Assembly: GCA_041662425.1 (NCBI GenBank) | Contig: JBAZSM010000002.1 | Span: 38,159-102,158 of the forward strand | DNA: 64,000 nucleotides | Source: Pseudolabrys sp. | GTDB taxonomy: Bacteria; Pseudomonadota; Alphaproteobacteria; Rhizobiales; Xanthobacteraceae | Direction of reading: 5' to 3' | Shown: positions 29,375 to 37,852 of the stretch, in pieces | How the letters are laid out: every line of letters starts with the position of its first letter | Position numbering within the stretch: the first letter of the stretch is position 1 | Program-made: the position numbers and the translations under genes | Notes under the pieces: model-generated | What the model saw: the letters and a program-made list of their open reading frames with translations, nothing else | The model's database searches: none | What the model was told of the DNA's origin: nothing

Positions 29375-30934
29375 ATGATTTCCGATGGCAGCCGTTCCAC
29401 GATCTTCGCCCTCTCCTCCGGTCGGCCTCCCGCCGCGATCGCGGTGATCCGCATTTCCGGGCCGCGCGCGGGCGCCGCGCTGGAAGCGCTCGGCCTCACA
29501 GTGCCGCCGCCACGGCAAGCGAAGTTGGCGCGCATTCGCGATCCGCGTTCCGGCGAGATCATCGACGAGGCCTTGGCGCTGTGGTTTCCGGGGCCGAACA
29601 GCGAAACCGGCGAGGACGTCGCTGAATTGCAGGCCCATGGCGGCCCGGCGGTGATCGCCGGCATTCTCGATGCGCTTGCCGGCATTGACGGCTTGCGCAT
29701 GGCAGAGGCCGGCGAGTTCACGCGGCGCGGCTTCGAGAACGGCAAGCTCGATCTCACGGCGGTCGAAGGCCTGGCCGATCTGGTCGCGGCCGAGACCGAG
29801 GGTCAACGCCGTCAGGCGTTCCGGCAGATGAAGGGCCTGCTCGGCGATCGCGCCGAAGCGTGGCGGCAGCGGTTGATCCGCGCGCAGGCGCTGGTCGAGG
29901 CGCGGATCGATTTTTCGGACGAGTCCGATGTCCCGGAGGATCTGGTCGGCCCGGCGCTCGCCATTGTGCAGGAGCTGCGGGACGAAATCGCGACCGCGCT
30001 CGCCGATGGCGGTCGTGGCGAACGGTTGCGGGAAGGGCTGGTTGTGGCCATCGCCGGCCCGCCAAATGCCGGCAAATCCGCGATTTTGAACCGGCTGGCG
30101 CAGCGCGAAGCCGCAATCGTGTCGCCTTATGCCGGCACGACGCGTGACGTGATCGAGGTGCATCTCGACCTTGGCGGCCTGCCGATGACGCTGCTCGACA
30201 CGGCCGGTATCCGGGAAACGGACGACCCCGTGGAAATGGAAGGCGTTCGGCGCGCCAGAGAGCGGGCGGCGGGGGCCGATCTGGTGCTGTGGGTGACGGA
30301 CGCGACAGCGCCTGAGGCGGAGCCGTTGGGCCTGGGGCGGCCCGTTCCGGTCTGGCGGGTTGCCAACAAGATCGACCTTGTGGGTGGGCCGGAAATGCTG
30401 CGCAGCAATTTGGGTGAAGGGCGCAGTCGTGACGGCCGGCGTTCCGCGGCGAGCCACCCAGGTGCGGCGCCTCGATCGGGTCACGCGACTGTGTCGGAGA
30501 CCGACGTTGGCACACCTTTTGGAAAAAATGAACTGGGAAGCACTGCTACAATTGACCGTAAATCTCAAACTGGAACATACCGATATAAGAGTGAACTGGA
30601 AAATCTATTCAACGATGAAACAGTGTTCACTCTTTCGGCAATAACGGGCGCTGGGTTCAGCCATCTCCTGTCGGCGCTCTTTCGCTTTGCCGAGGACAGT
30701 CTGTCGGGCGGCGAACAGGCCATGGTGACCCGAGCCCGCCATCGGCAAGTTCTTGTTGCAGTGCAGCATATCCTATCGGAGGCGCTGCGCTGTTTCACAA
30801 GCGGGGGTGGCGCGGAAGAATTTCTGGCGGAGCAGCTCCGTCTGGCGGCGACGGAACTCGGACGCCTGACCGGCCGTGTCGACGTCGAGGACATCCTGGA
30901 CGTCATTTTCCGGGACTTCTGCATCGGCAAATGA
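29375..30934 (+). CDS. mnmE: tRNA modification GTPase MnmE, carrying an in-frame G-domain insertion
   Basis: MISDGSRSTIFALSSGRPPAAIAVIRISGP...GKLDLTAVEGLADL...IAGPPNAGKSAILN...DTAGIRE...NKIDL...[about 80 extra aa]...LSAITGAG...FCIGK. About 519 aa, which I judge longer than typical MnmE. Confidence 0.92.
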   Translation: MISDGSRSTIFALSSGRPPAAIAVIRISGPRAGAALEALGLTVPPPRQAKLARIRDPRSGEIIDEALALWFPGPNSETGEDVAELQAHGGPAVIAGILDALAGIDGLRMAEAGEFTRRGFENGKLDLTAVEGLADLVAAETEGQRRQAFRQMKGLLGDRAEAWRQRLIRAQALVEARIDFSDESDVPEDLVGPALAIVQELRDEIATALADGGRGERLREGLVVAIAGPPNAGKSAILNRLAQREAAIVSPYAGTTRDVIEVHLDLGGLPMTLLDTAGIRETDDPVEMEGVRRARERAAGADLVLWVTDATAPEAEPLGLGRPVPVWRVANKIDLVGGPEMLRSNLGEGRSRDGRRSAASHPGAAPRSGHATVSETDVGTPFGKNELGSTATIDRKSQTGTYRYKSELENLFNDETVFTLSAITGAGFSHLLSALFRFAEDSLSGGEQAMVTRARHRQVLVAVQHILSEALRCFTSGGGAEEFLAEQLRLAATELGRLTGRVDVEDILDVIFRDFCIGK

Positions 30935-30942
30935 GGCCCCGA

Positions 30943-30958
30943 TGTTTCACGTGAAACA
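30943..30958. promoter_or_regulatory. parS centromere site (perfect consensus)
   Basis: TGTTTCACGTGAAACA, identical to the canonical 16-bp parS palindrome; intergenic between mnmE and mnmG. Confidence 0.9.
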
Positions 30959-31016
30959 TTGGCCCGTCGAGCGAAGTTTTGACCGGCCCCCGGCGGTCCG
31001 TTAAGACGGCGCTGCG

Positions 31017-32903
31017 ATGTCCCAAATTCCCATTCAATTCGACGTTGTCGTGATCGGTGGCGGCCATGCCGGCTGTGAAGCCGCGGCTGCTGCTGGGCGG
31101 ATGGGTGCCAAAACGGCCCTTGTCACGCACAAGTTCTCGACCATCGGCGCGATGTCGTGCAATCCGGCGATCGGCGGCCTGGGCAAGGGCCATCTGGTGC
31201 GGGAGATCGATGCCCTCGATGGTCTGATGGGGCGGGTTGCGGATCAGGGTGGAATCCAGTTCCGGGTCCTGAACCGCCGCAAGGGCCCGGCCGTGCGCGG
31301 CCCCCGCGCCCAGGCCGACCGCAAGCTCTACGCCGCCGCGATGCAGGCCGCAGTCCAGGCGACCCCGAACCTTCATGTGATCGAGGCCGAGGCGGACGAC
31401 CTGATCGTCCAGGACGGCCGCGTGTCCGGTGTCCGGTTTGCGGATGGCCGTGAGATCGCCTGCGGCGCAGTAGTTCTGACCACTGGGACCTTCCTGCGCG
31501 GCCTCATCCATATCGGCGAAACCCAGATTCCGGCGGGTCGCGTCGGTGAAGCGCCGGCGATGGGCCTGTCACAGACGCTCGAACGCGCAGGTCTGGTCCT
31601 CGGCCGGCTGAAAACCGGGACACCGCCGCGTCTCGATGGCTCGACGATCGACTGGAAGGCGCTGGAAATGCAGCCCGGCGACGAGCCGCCGGAGCCGTTC
31701 TCGGTCCTGACCGAGCGGATCACGACGCCGCAGATCGAATGCGGCATCACCCGCACCACGCGGGCGACGCATGAGATCATCCGGGCCAATGTGCATCGTT
31801 CGCCGATGTATTCCGGCCAGATCGCGTCGACCGGGCCGCGTTATTGCCCGTCGATCGAGGACAAGATCGTCAAGTTCGGCGAACGCGATGGCCACCAGAT
31901 CTTCCTTGAGCCCGAAGGCCTCGACGATACGACGGTCTATCCGAACGGCATCTCCACTTCGCTGCCTGAAGAGGTGCAGCGCGCCATCGTTTCGTCCATC
32001 CCGGGGCTCGAAAAGACGCGTATCATCCGGCCTGGCTATGCCATCGAATATGATTTCGTCGATCCGCGGCAGCTGATGCCATCGCTGGAGACAAAGAAGC
32101 TCCCCGGCCTTTTCCTCGCCGGCCAGATCAACGGCACCACCGGCTACGAAGAAGCCGCCGCGCAAGGGCTGCTTGCGGGCCTCAATGCCGCCGCGCTGGC
32201 CTCTGGCGGAGAAGCGATCACATTCGACCGTGCCGAGTCCTATCTCGGCGTGATGGTCGACGACCTCACGACGCGGGGCGTCAATGAGCCCTATCGCATG
32301 TTCACCTCGCGCGCCGAGTATCGGCTCCGGTTGCGAGCCGACAACGCCGATCAACGTCTGACCGGTAAAGGCATTGCGATCGGCTGCGTGGGTTGCGCGC
32401 GCGCGCAGTATCATCGCGCCAAGGCGGCCGCGCTTGACGATGCGCGGGCCTATGCCCGAGCGGCGTCGCTGACGCCGAAAGAGGCGGAAAAACATGGTCT
32501 TTCGCTCAATCAGGACGGCCAGCGCCGCACGGCCTTTGAGCTGTTGTCCTATCCGAACATCGCTATCGCCGATCTGGCAAAGATTTGGCCGCGCCTTGGC
32601 GAGCTTGCGCCGAATATCGCCGAGCAGGTGGAGATCGACGCCAAGTACGATGTCTATCTGACGCGGCAGAACGCCGACATCGAAGCCTATCGCCGCGATG
32701 AAGGCTTCGCGTTGCCGGACTATCTCGACTACGCATCGATGCCGGGCCTGTCGAACGAAGCGAAGCAGAAGCTTATGGCGCACAAACCGCGCACCATCGG
32801 CCATGCGGCGAAACTCGACGGCATCACGCCGGCGGCGCTGACGCTGCTCGTCGCCCATGTGAAACGCGGCCGCGGCAAGAAGCCCGCCGCGCAAACGGCG
32901 TGA
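31017..32903 (+). CDS. mnmG: tRNA uridine 5-carboxymethylaminomethyl modification enzyme MnmG
   Basis: 628 aa, ...[32 protein letters not shown]...[24 protein letters not shown]... Confidence 0.99.
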   Translation: MSQIPIQFDVVVIGGGHAGCEAAAAAGRMGAKTALVTHKFSTIGAMSCNPAIGGLGKGHLVREIDALDGLMGRVADQGGIQFRVLNRRKGPAVRGPRAQADRKLYAAAMQAAVQATPNLHVIEAEADDLIVQDGRVSGVRFADGREIACGAVVLTTGTFLRGLIHIGETQIPAGRVGEAPAMGLSQTLERAGLVLGRLKTGTPPRLDGSTIDWKALEMQPGDEPPEPFSVLTERITTPQIECGITRTTRATHEIIRANVHRSPMYSGQIASTGPRYCPSIEDKIVKFGERDGHQIFLEPEGLDDTTVYPNGISTSLPEEVQRAIVSSIPGLEKTRIIRPGYAIEYDFVDPRQLMPSLETKKLPGLFLAGQINGTTGYEEAAAQGLLAGLNAAALASGGEAITFDRAESYLGVMVDDLTTRGVNEPYRMFTSRAEYRLRLRADNADQRLTGKGIAIGCVGCARAQYHRAKAAALDDARAYARAASLTPKEAEKHGLSLNQDGQRRTAFELLSYPNIAIADLAKIWPRLGELAPNIAEQVEIDAKYDVYLTRQNADIEAYRRDEGFALPDYLDYASMPGLSNEAKQKLMAHKPRTIGHAAKLDGITPAALTLLVAHVKRGRGKKPAAQTA

Positions 32904-33559
32904 GCAACAAAGGGCAGGGCGGGATCGATCTTGCGGGCGACAAGGCGCGCGCGCTGTCGCTCACTCCTGTTTCACGTGAAACACTTGCGCGGCTTGAGGC
33001 TTATGTCGAACTGCTGTTGCGCTGGCAGCAAACGACGAATCTGATTTCGCCGGCGACGATCCCGCATCTCTGGACTCGTCATGTCGCCGATTCGCTGCAG
33101 ATTCTTGGGCTGGCTCCTGACGCCACGACCTGGGTCGACCTCGGCTCGGGCGGCGGTTTTCCCGCGATCCCGATTGCCTGCGCGCTGACGGGAAAGCCCG
33201 GGGCGATGGTCCACCTGGTCGAAAGCAACGGCAAGAAGGCGGCCTTCCTCCGCGAGGCCATCCGCGTGACCGGGGCGCCGGCGCAAGTCCATGCCGAGCG
33301 AATCGAAAAATATATCGATGCCACTGTGAAGAGCGTGGATGTGGTCACCGCCAGGGCCCTCGCCCCATTGAAAACCCTGTGCGATCAGGCGTTTCCTCTG
33401 TTGGAGCGCGGGGCCATTGGCCTATTCGCCAAAGGACTAGATGTAGATACCGAATTGACCGAAGCCTCTAAATATTGGAAGCTTGAGGTTCAAAAGGTGC
33501 CCAGCAAGACGAGCGCAGACGGCTGCATCGTCATTGTCCGCAACCTAAAGCCGCAGTAA
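32900..33559 (+). CDS. rsmG: 16S rRNA (guanine527-N7)-methyltransferase RsmG
   Basis: 219 aa, ...[29 protein letters not shown]...[14 protein letters not shown]... Confidence 0.95.
   Translation: MSNKGQGGIDLAGDKARALSLTPVSRETLARLEAYVELLLRWQQTTNLISPATIPHLWTRHVADSLQILGLAPDATTWVDLGSGGGFPAIPIACALTGKPGAMVHLVESNGKKAAFLREAIRVTGAPAQVHAERIEKYIDATVKSVDVVTARALAPLKTLCDQAFPLLERGAIGLFAKGLDVDTELTEASKYWKLEVQKVPSKTSADGCIVIVRNLKPQ
32968..32983. promoter_or_regulatory. parS centromere site (perfect consensus) inside rsmG
   Basis: TGTTTCACGTGAAACA, a perfect 16-mer encoding PVSRET within rsmG. Confidence 0.9.
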
Positions 33560-33574
33560 ACAACTTTAAGGCGA

Positions 33575-34480
33575 TTGGATAAGCCAATGACCGACACGCC
33601 CGACATGACCAACCCGGATGGCCCCGAAGCCATCCCCCAAGTGGTGCCGTTCGAGCGGCCCGCGGCCGCCGGCACGCCCGGCGTCGGTCCGCGCGTCATC
33701 GCCATCGCCAACCAGAAAGGCGGCGTCGGCAAGACCACGACCGCCATCAATCTCGGCACCGCGCTCGCCGCCATCGGCGAACACGTGCTGATTGTCGATC
33801 TCGACCCGCAGGGCAATGCCTCGACCGGGCTCGGCATCGAGCACAAGGAGCGCCGCACCTCGACCTATGACGTCATGAGCGGCCAGGCGCCGATGCGCGA
33901 CGCCGTGATCCCGACGGCGGTGCCGCAGCTCCATCTGGCGCCGTCGACCATGGACCTCTCGGGCCTCGAACTCGAAATCGGCCAGCAGCGCGACCGCGCC
34001 TTTCGCCTGCGCACTGCGCTCAACAACATCAACAACGGCTCGCCGGCGTTCAACTTCACTTATGTGCTGGTCGACTGCCCGCCGTCGCTGAACCTGATCA
34101 CCGTCAATGCGATGGCGGCCGCGAATTCGATTCTGGTGCCGATGCAGTGCGAGTTCTTCGCGCTCGAAGGTCTGTCGCAGCTTTTGAAAACGGTCGACGA
34201 GGTGAAGAAGAACCTCAACCCCGGCCTGTCGATCCACGGCATCGTCATGACGATGTATGACTCGCGCAACAATCTCGCCAACCAGGTTGTCGCCGACGTC
34301 CGCCAGTTCATGGGCAAGCAGGTTTACGACACGGTGATCCCGCGCAACGTCCGCATTTCGGAAGCGCCGTCTTATGGCAAGCCGGTGCTGGTCTACGATC
34401 TCAAATGCGTCGGCAGCGAAGCGTACCTCCGGCTGGCAACCGAGATCATTCAGCGCGAGCGCGAATTGAAGGCGGGTTAA
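33575..34480 (+). CDS. parA: chromosome partitioning ATPase ParA
   Basis: 301 aa, ...VIAIANQKGGVGKTTTAINLGTALA...DLDPQGNAS...IPRNVRISEAPSYGKPVLVYD... Confidence 0.97.
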   Translation: MDKPMTDTPDMTNPDGPEAIPQVVPFERPAAAGTPGVGPRVIAIANQKGGVGKTTTAINLGTALAAIGEHVLIVDLDPQGNASTGLGIEHKERRTSTYDVMSGQAPMRDAVIPTAVPQLHLAPSTMDLSGLELEIGQQRDRAFRLRTALNNINNGSPAFNFTYVLVDCPPSLNLITVNAMAAANSILVPMQCEFFALEGLSQLLKTVDEVKKNLNPGLSIHGIVMTMYDSRNNLANQVVADVRQFMGKQVYDTVIPRNVRISEAPSYGKPVLVYDLKCVGSEAYLRLATEIIQRERELKAG

Positions 34481-34487
34481 ACACTCT

Positions 34488-34588
34488 GTCATTCCGGGAC
34501 GCCGCGCGGCGGCGAACCGGAATCCAGAACCGGACGCGGCGCTTGCTTCCGGATTCCGGTTCTCGCCTGTGGCGAGTCCCGGAACGAC
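34488..34588. repeat. REP-type composite palindromic element (family 1) between parA and parB
   Basis: GTCATTCCGGGAC...CGAACCGGAATCCAGAACCGG...CCGGATTCCGGTTCTCG...CCCGGAACGAC: nested inverted repeats, same architecture as 49663-49766. Confidence 0.8.
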
Positions 34589-34663
34589 CGCAGCGAATGC
34601 CGAGAGCATTAGAAGAAACAAGCAAGGAAGAGTGGCGTGGCATTGGGTTCGGGAGCTTCGGCG

Positions 34664-35548
34664 ATGGCGGATCATTCGCGACTGGGGAGGGGACTGGCCT
34701 CACTGATGGGTGAGGCGGCGCAGGACGCGCCCGTCAGCGATGCCTCGCGCAAGCCGCGTAAAGCGCCGGTCGAAAAGCTGCATCCCAATCCGCGCAACCC
34801 GCGCCGCGATTTCACCGAAGCGCAGCTCGCCGAACTGTCCGAATCGATCAGAGAGCGCGGCATCATTCAACCGATCGTCGTGCGGCAGTTGCCGGATAAC
34901 GAATATGAAATCATCGCCGGCGAACGCCGCTGGCGCGCCGCGCAGCGCGCCAATCTGCACGAAGTGCCGATCGCCATTGTCGATGCGACCGATGTGCAGT
35001 CGCTCGAATTCGCCATCATCGAGAATGTCCAGCGCGCCGATCTCAATCCGATCGAGGAAGCGGCGGGTTACGTCGCGCTGATGGAGCAGTGCAATCATAC
35101 GCAGGAGCAGGTGGCGCAGATCGTCGGCAAGAGCCGGCCATATGTCGCCAATCTGGTGCGTCTGCTGAAACTGCCGGACGCGGTGAAGCGCATGGTGCGT
35201 GAAGGCAAGCTCTCCGCCGGTCACGCGCGGCTGCTCGTCGGTCATGTCAATGCGCAGGTGCTGGCCGAGATGGCGGTCGACGACAGCATGAGCGTGCGCC
35301 AGCTCGAGGAGTGGGTCCGCGAGGATAACGCCAAGCCGGGCGATGCCACCATGAGCCTGCAGATGAAGAAGATCGCTGCCGGTCTTGCCAAGACGAAAGA
35401 CGCCGACATCCGCGCGCTCGAACGCCGTCTGACCGATTCGCTTGGTCTTGCCGTGACTATCGATCACAAGGGCGAAGCCGGCGCCTTGCACATCAAGTAC
35501 AAGGACCTCGATCAGCTTGACGCGGTGCTGCGGAAGCTGGGGGCGTAA
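34664..35548 (+). CDS. parB: chromosome partitioning protein ParB
   Basis: MADHSRLGRGLASLMG...IQPIVVRQL...YEIIAGERRWRAAQRA...IIENVQRADLNPIEEA... ATG at 34664 with GGGAG upstream. The ORF-track GTG at 34637 is an alternative. Confidence 0.96.
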   Translation: MADHSRLGRGLASLMGEAAQDAPVSDASRKPRKAPVEKLHPNPRNPRRDFTEAQLAELSESIRERGIIQPIVVRQLPDNEYEIIAGERRWRAAQRANLHEVPIAIVDATDVQSLEFAIIENVQRADLNPIEEAAGYVALMEQCNHTQEQVAQIVGKSRPYVANLVRLLKLPDAVKRMVREGKLSAGHARLLVGHVNAQVLAEMAVDDSMSVRQLEEWVREDNAKPGDATMSLQMKKIAAGLAKTKDADIRALERRLTDSLGLAVTIDHKGEAGALHIKYKDLDQLDAVLRKLGA

Positions 35549-35771
35549 GGCGACGCCGCGGTTCCAGGCGCACTCGGCAAATTGGTGCTCAAGTTTCGAG
35601 ACTACGCTTTTTAGGTGTAGCTAAATCACGCGAAAACGAACGGCCGAACCGTATTTGTTGCGGTACAATGTTCATTATCCGAAAAGAACCGGCCTCAACG
35701 AAAATCGTCAACAGAAATTCTGGTTACAGCGACTTGCGCTAAAAAACGAACACGGCATTGTTTCACTTGTG

Positions 35772-35787
35772 CGTTTCACGTGAAACC
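35772..35787. promoter_or_regulatory. parS-like site (14/16 match) downstream of parB
   Basis: CGTTTCACGTGAAACC keeps the central 14-bp palindrome GTTTCACGTGAAAC. A half-site TGTTTCAC lies just upstream at 35759-35766. Confidence 0.75.
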
Positions 35788-35796
35788 CGTGAGGCT

Positions 35797-35837
35797 CATA
35801 AAAGAGGGGCGGCCCCCGATACAAGGAAGACCGCCCC
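35797..35837 (-). terminator. intrinsic-terminator-like hairpin on the minus strand
   Basis: Minus strand reads GGGGCGG-(18 nt)-CCGCCCC, or the tighter GGGG-gccg-CCCC, followed by TCTTTTAT. Confidence 0.45.
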
Positions 35838-36174
35838 AACCCCACCGCTTTACGCGGTGTTCGCAGTACCCTCCCAACTAGGAGGGGTAGTCTCAGGGTG
35901 CTCAGACCCTGAGACTCCGGCGGAGTCCTTGTGGACTGCCGGACGCACCCAAGTCGAACGGCGGGGGTTTGCGCTCGCGCGGCCCTCGTCGATTCGACTT
36001 CCTCCCAATACTCGGAACAGAAACTCCGTCGGTCTAGGGGCCTAAGACGGTTGCACACAGGCGATAGATTGCACGTTCGTAAATCCTTGTGGATTAACGC
36101 CAAAGGTCCGAAATGTAGTGGGTCGGTGCGCTCCGGATTTCGCAGCGCTTCATCCGGGGTCACGGGCTAGGCGC
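35797..36174 (-). ncRNA. candidate structured non-coding RNA or long structured 3' UTR of the SET gene (unclassified)
   Basis: About 380 nt with no credible ORF. Chain of perfect or near-perfect hairpins: AGTCTCAGGGT/ACCCTGAGACT (35889-35916), ACCCTCC/GGAGGGGT (35868-35888), CACCGC/GCGGTG (35843-35859), AAGTCGAA/TTCGACTT (35951-36000), AATCC/GGATT (36082-36095). Ends at the terminator-like hairpin. Confidence 0.4.
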
Positions 36175-36609
36175 TTAACGCTTCGCGCGGCCGTCTATCT
36201 TGCTGTTCGCCTTGCCGTTAAGCGCCTTGCCGTTCATCGGCTTCTTCAAAAATGCCGCGCATAAAGCCGGGTCGAACTCCCGATAGTCGTTGGTGATCTC
36301 CGCGCCTTTTGGAATATTGGTCGCGGCGATGACATAGCCGCCACGTAAAATCGTGTTCGGATTTTCGTCGTGGTTCATGTGATGGTCGTTATCGACCGTG
36401 AACAGGATCTCGCCGTCGACCTTGTAGGCGTAGTCCTTGAGAAAATCGCGCGCCGCCTTGGGCAGCCTGGCGAACTGCTTCGGCGAGTAGCAACGGTCGA
36501 AGCCTTCGACGAAGCGCCAGATCTTCGTGCCCTTGGGAATGCGTTCGGCGGCAAAGACGCCAAGTCCGTGAATCGGGCTTTTATCCAGGTATGTCTTGAC
36601 CAGAAGCAT
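36175..36609 (-). CDS. SET domain-containing protein (putative protein-lysine N-methyltransferase)
   Basis: 144 aa: SPIHGLGVFAAERIPKGTKIW (GxG/N-SET), HHMNHDENPNT (NHxxxPN), GAEITNDYREFD (ELxxDY-type); Lys-rich tail. Confidence 0.85.
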   Translation of the reverse strand: MLLVKTYLDKSPIHGLGVFAAERIPKGTKIWRFVEGFDRCYSPKQFARLPKAARDFLKDYAYKVDGEILFTVDNDHHMNHDENPNTILRGGYVIAATNIPKGAEITNDYREFDPALCAAFLKKPMNGKALNGKANSKIDGRAKR

Positions 36610-36781
36610 GGGACGCTTTCGTCAGCGGCGCTCGGCCTCGAATCGATAACAAATCCGTCACGCCGGCGGGAGAGGCCAGCAGGCCTCGCCACGCCGCTGT
36701 CCCCAACGGCAATGCCGCGGATGGCCGGCGGGCCTTTGTCGGGGCTGCAAAGTCCGTAGTTGCCCGATACCGGGATCGCCA

Positions 36782-36823
36782 AGGCATGGCGGGTTAGGCA
36801 TGGCGGGTTAGGCATGGCGGGTC
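36782..36823. repeat. 3 x 14-bp tandem repeat (AGGCATGGCGGGTT)
   Basis: 36782-36795 and 36796-36809 are identical. 36810-36823 has 1 mismatch and overlaps the histidine kinase stop codon. Confidence 0.85.
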
Positions 36824-37793
36824 AGACGCGGTCCGGCTGCACCTCGGTCTCCGGCAGGGTGATCCGGCAGACGGCGCCTTCCCGTGGGAATTCAAGGCGG
36901 GCTGCGCCACCGAAAGTTTCGAGACTTTGCTCGATCAGGTGACTGCCGAAACCGCGCCGCGACGGCGTCGTCACCTCGGGTCCGCCACGCTCGGTCCAGG
37001 TGACGACAAACGTCTCGACGGATCTGTGCCACGACACATGGACGTGGCCGTTCGGGCGCGACAGCGCGCCATACTTTGCAGCGTTGGTCGCGAGCTCGTG
37101 AAGCAACAGCGCCAGGACGGTCGGCGTTTTGCCGAAAAGCCGGACCGGCGGGCCGTCGATGCTGAAACGGTCTTCGCCGAACGGACCCATTTCAAGACCG
37201 AGAATCTTGTGAAGGCCAACCCCGCCCTCCTCGTCGCGGCCGATGAAATCGTCGGCGGCCGACAGGGCCTGCAGGCGCCCGGACACACTGTCCCAGATAT
37301 CCGGCTGGTCACGCAATTCGTGCCGCATGACGGCGTAAATCGTGGCGAGCTTGTTCTTGACCCTGTGGCTCAGCTCATCGACGATGATGCGCCGGAATTT
37401 TTCCTCTTCGTCAATGCGGGCCAGCACGATCCGGTACTGATTGGCGGTCCACACGATCAGCGCGCCGGCAAACAGGTAAAGGCAGACGCTGACGAAGTGC
37501 TCCTTGGCCGAGAACACCCAGACGAAACGCGGCTCGAAAAATATCCACCAAGCGACGAAGCCGCCGAGCACCGTCGCGACCATGCCCGCCGCCGCGCCGC
37601 CGACCAGCGCCGCGGCCAGCAGGGCGGGGACAAAGGTGGCGAAGAAGATCGAATTCGGCGCGACGAAATCGATCAGCAGCCGGAGCAACGTGGCCGCCAG
37701 GACGCAAGCGACGGCGAATCCATAGGCCTCGAACGAGCCCGGCCGCAGGCCCCGGCGCACCAGCGAATCCATGACATTTGACAGCGTACGCAT
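36822..37793 (-). CDS. HWE/HisKA_2-type sensor histidine kinase, membrane-anchored
   Basis: 323 aa. N-terminal TM helices, then H-box IIVDELSHRVKNKLATIYAV and the ATP-binding region LLHELATNAAKYGA...GFGSHLIE. Confidence 0.85.
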   Translation of the reverse strand: MRTLSNVMDSLVRRGLRPGSFEAYGFAVACVLAATLLRLLIDFVAPNSIFFATFVPALLAAALVGGAAAGMVATVLGGFVAWWIFFEPRFVWVFSAKEHFVSVCLYLFAGALIVWTANQYRIVLARIDEEEKFRRIIVDELSHRVKNKLATIYAVMRHELRDQPDIWDSVSGRLQALSAADDFIGRDEEGGVGLHKILGLEMGPFGEDRFSIDGPPVRLFGKTPTVLALLLHELATNAAKYGALSRPNGHVHVSWHRSVETFVVTWTERGGPEVTTPSRRGFGSHLIEQSLETFGGAARLEFPREGAVCRITLPETEVQPDRV

Positions 37794-37852
37794 GCCGATA
37801 ACCTTCGAACCGGCTTCAGCGTAACCGCTTGTTCGGCCGCTGCAAAGAGCGT

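Noticed and set aside
29123-30568. 481-aa minus-strand ORF
   Set aside because: Antisense to ridA and mnmE. No motifs, and it crosses an intergenic region.
31569-32894. 441-aa minus-strand ORF
   Set aside because: Antisense to mnmG. Shadow ORF. The same reasoning applies to 26314-27429, 46297-48012, 54797-56185, 57552-58946, 33566-34675, 37829-38980, 13753-14811 and other long antisense ORFs in the track.
35549-35790. AT-rich stretch after parB as an alternative oriC
   Set aside because: It has only one partial DnaA-box-like string (TTATCCGAA). Synteny favours the hemE-adjacent gap. More likely promoter or centromere-flanking DNA.
36115-36146. Cobalamin-riboswitch-like string (minus strand GCTGCGAAATCCGGAGCGCACCGACCCACTAC)
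   Set aside because: It only loosely resembles the GGTGcGAAtCCgg...CCCGCCACTG core. There is no B12 box and no downstream gene on that strand before the terminator.
35708-36163. 151-aa minus-strand ORF (and 35758-36045, 35931-36170 on plus) in the parB-SET gap
   Set aside because: Poor coding character and no RBS. They run straight through perfect hairpins and the parS-like site. Treated as non-coding.
35797-36174. tmRNA, RNase P RNA, 6S or SRP RNA identity for the structured region
   Set aside because: There is no tag reading frame of the ANDN...AA type and no T-arm/ACCA end. The GGAAAGTCCGG (RNase P) and SRP GGAA-loop motifs are absent. Size and position alone are not evidence.
36782-36823. 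Tandem repeats at 36782, 43813 and 13406 as a CRISPR array
   Set aside because: The units are 14-18 bp and directly abutting with no spacers, and there are no cas genes. Simple tandem duplications.
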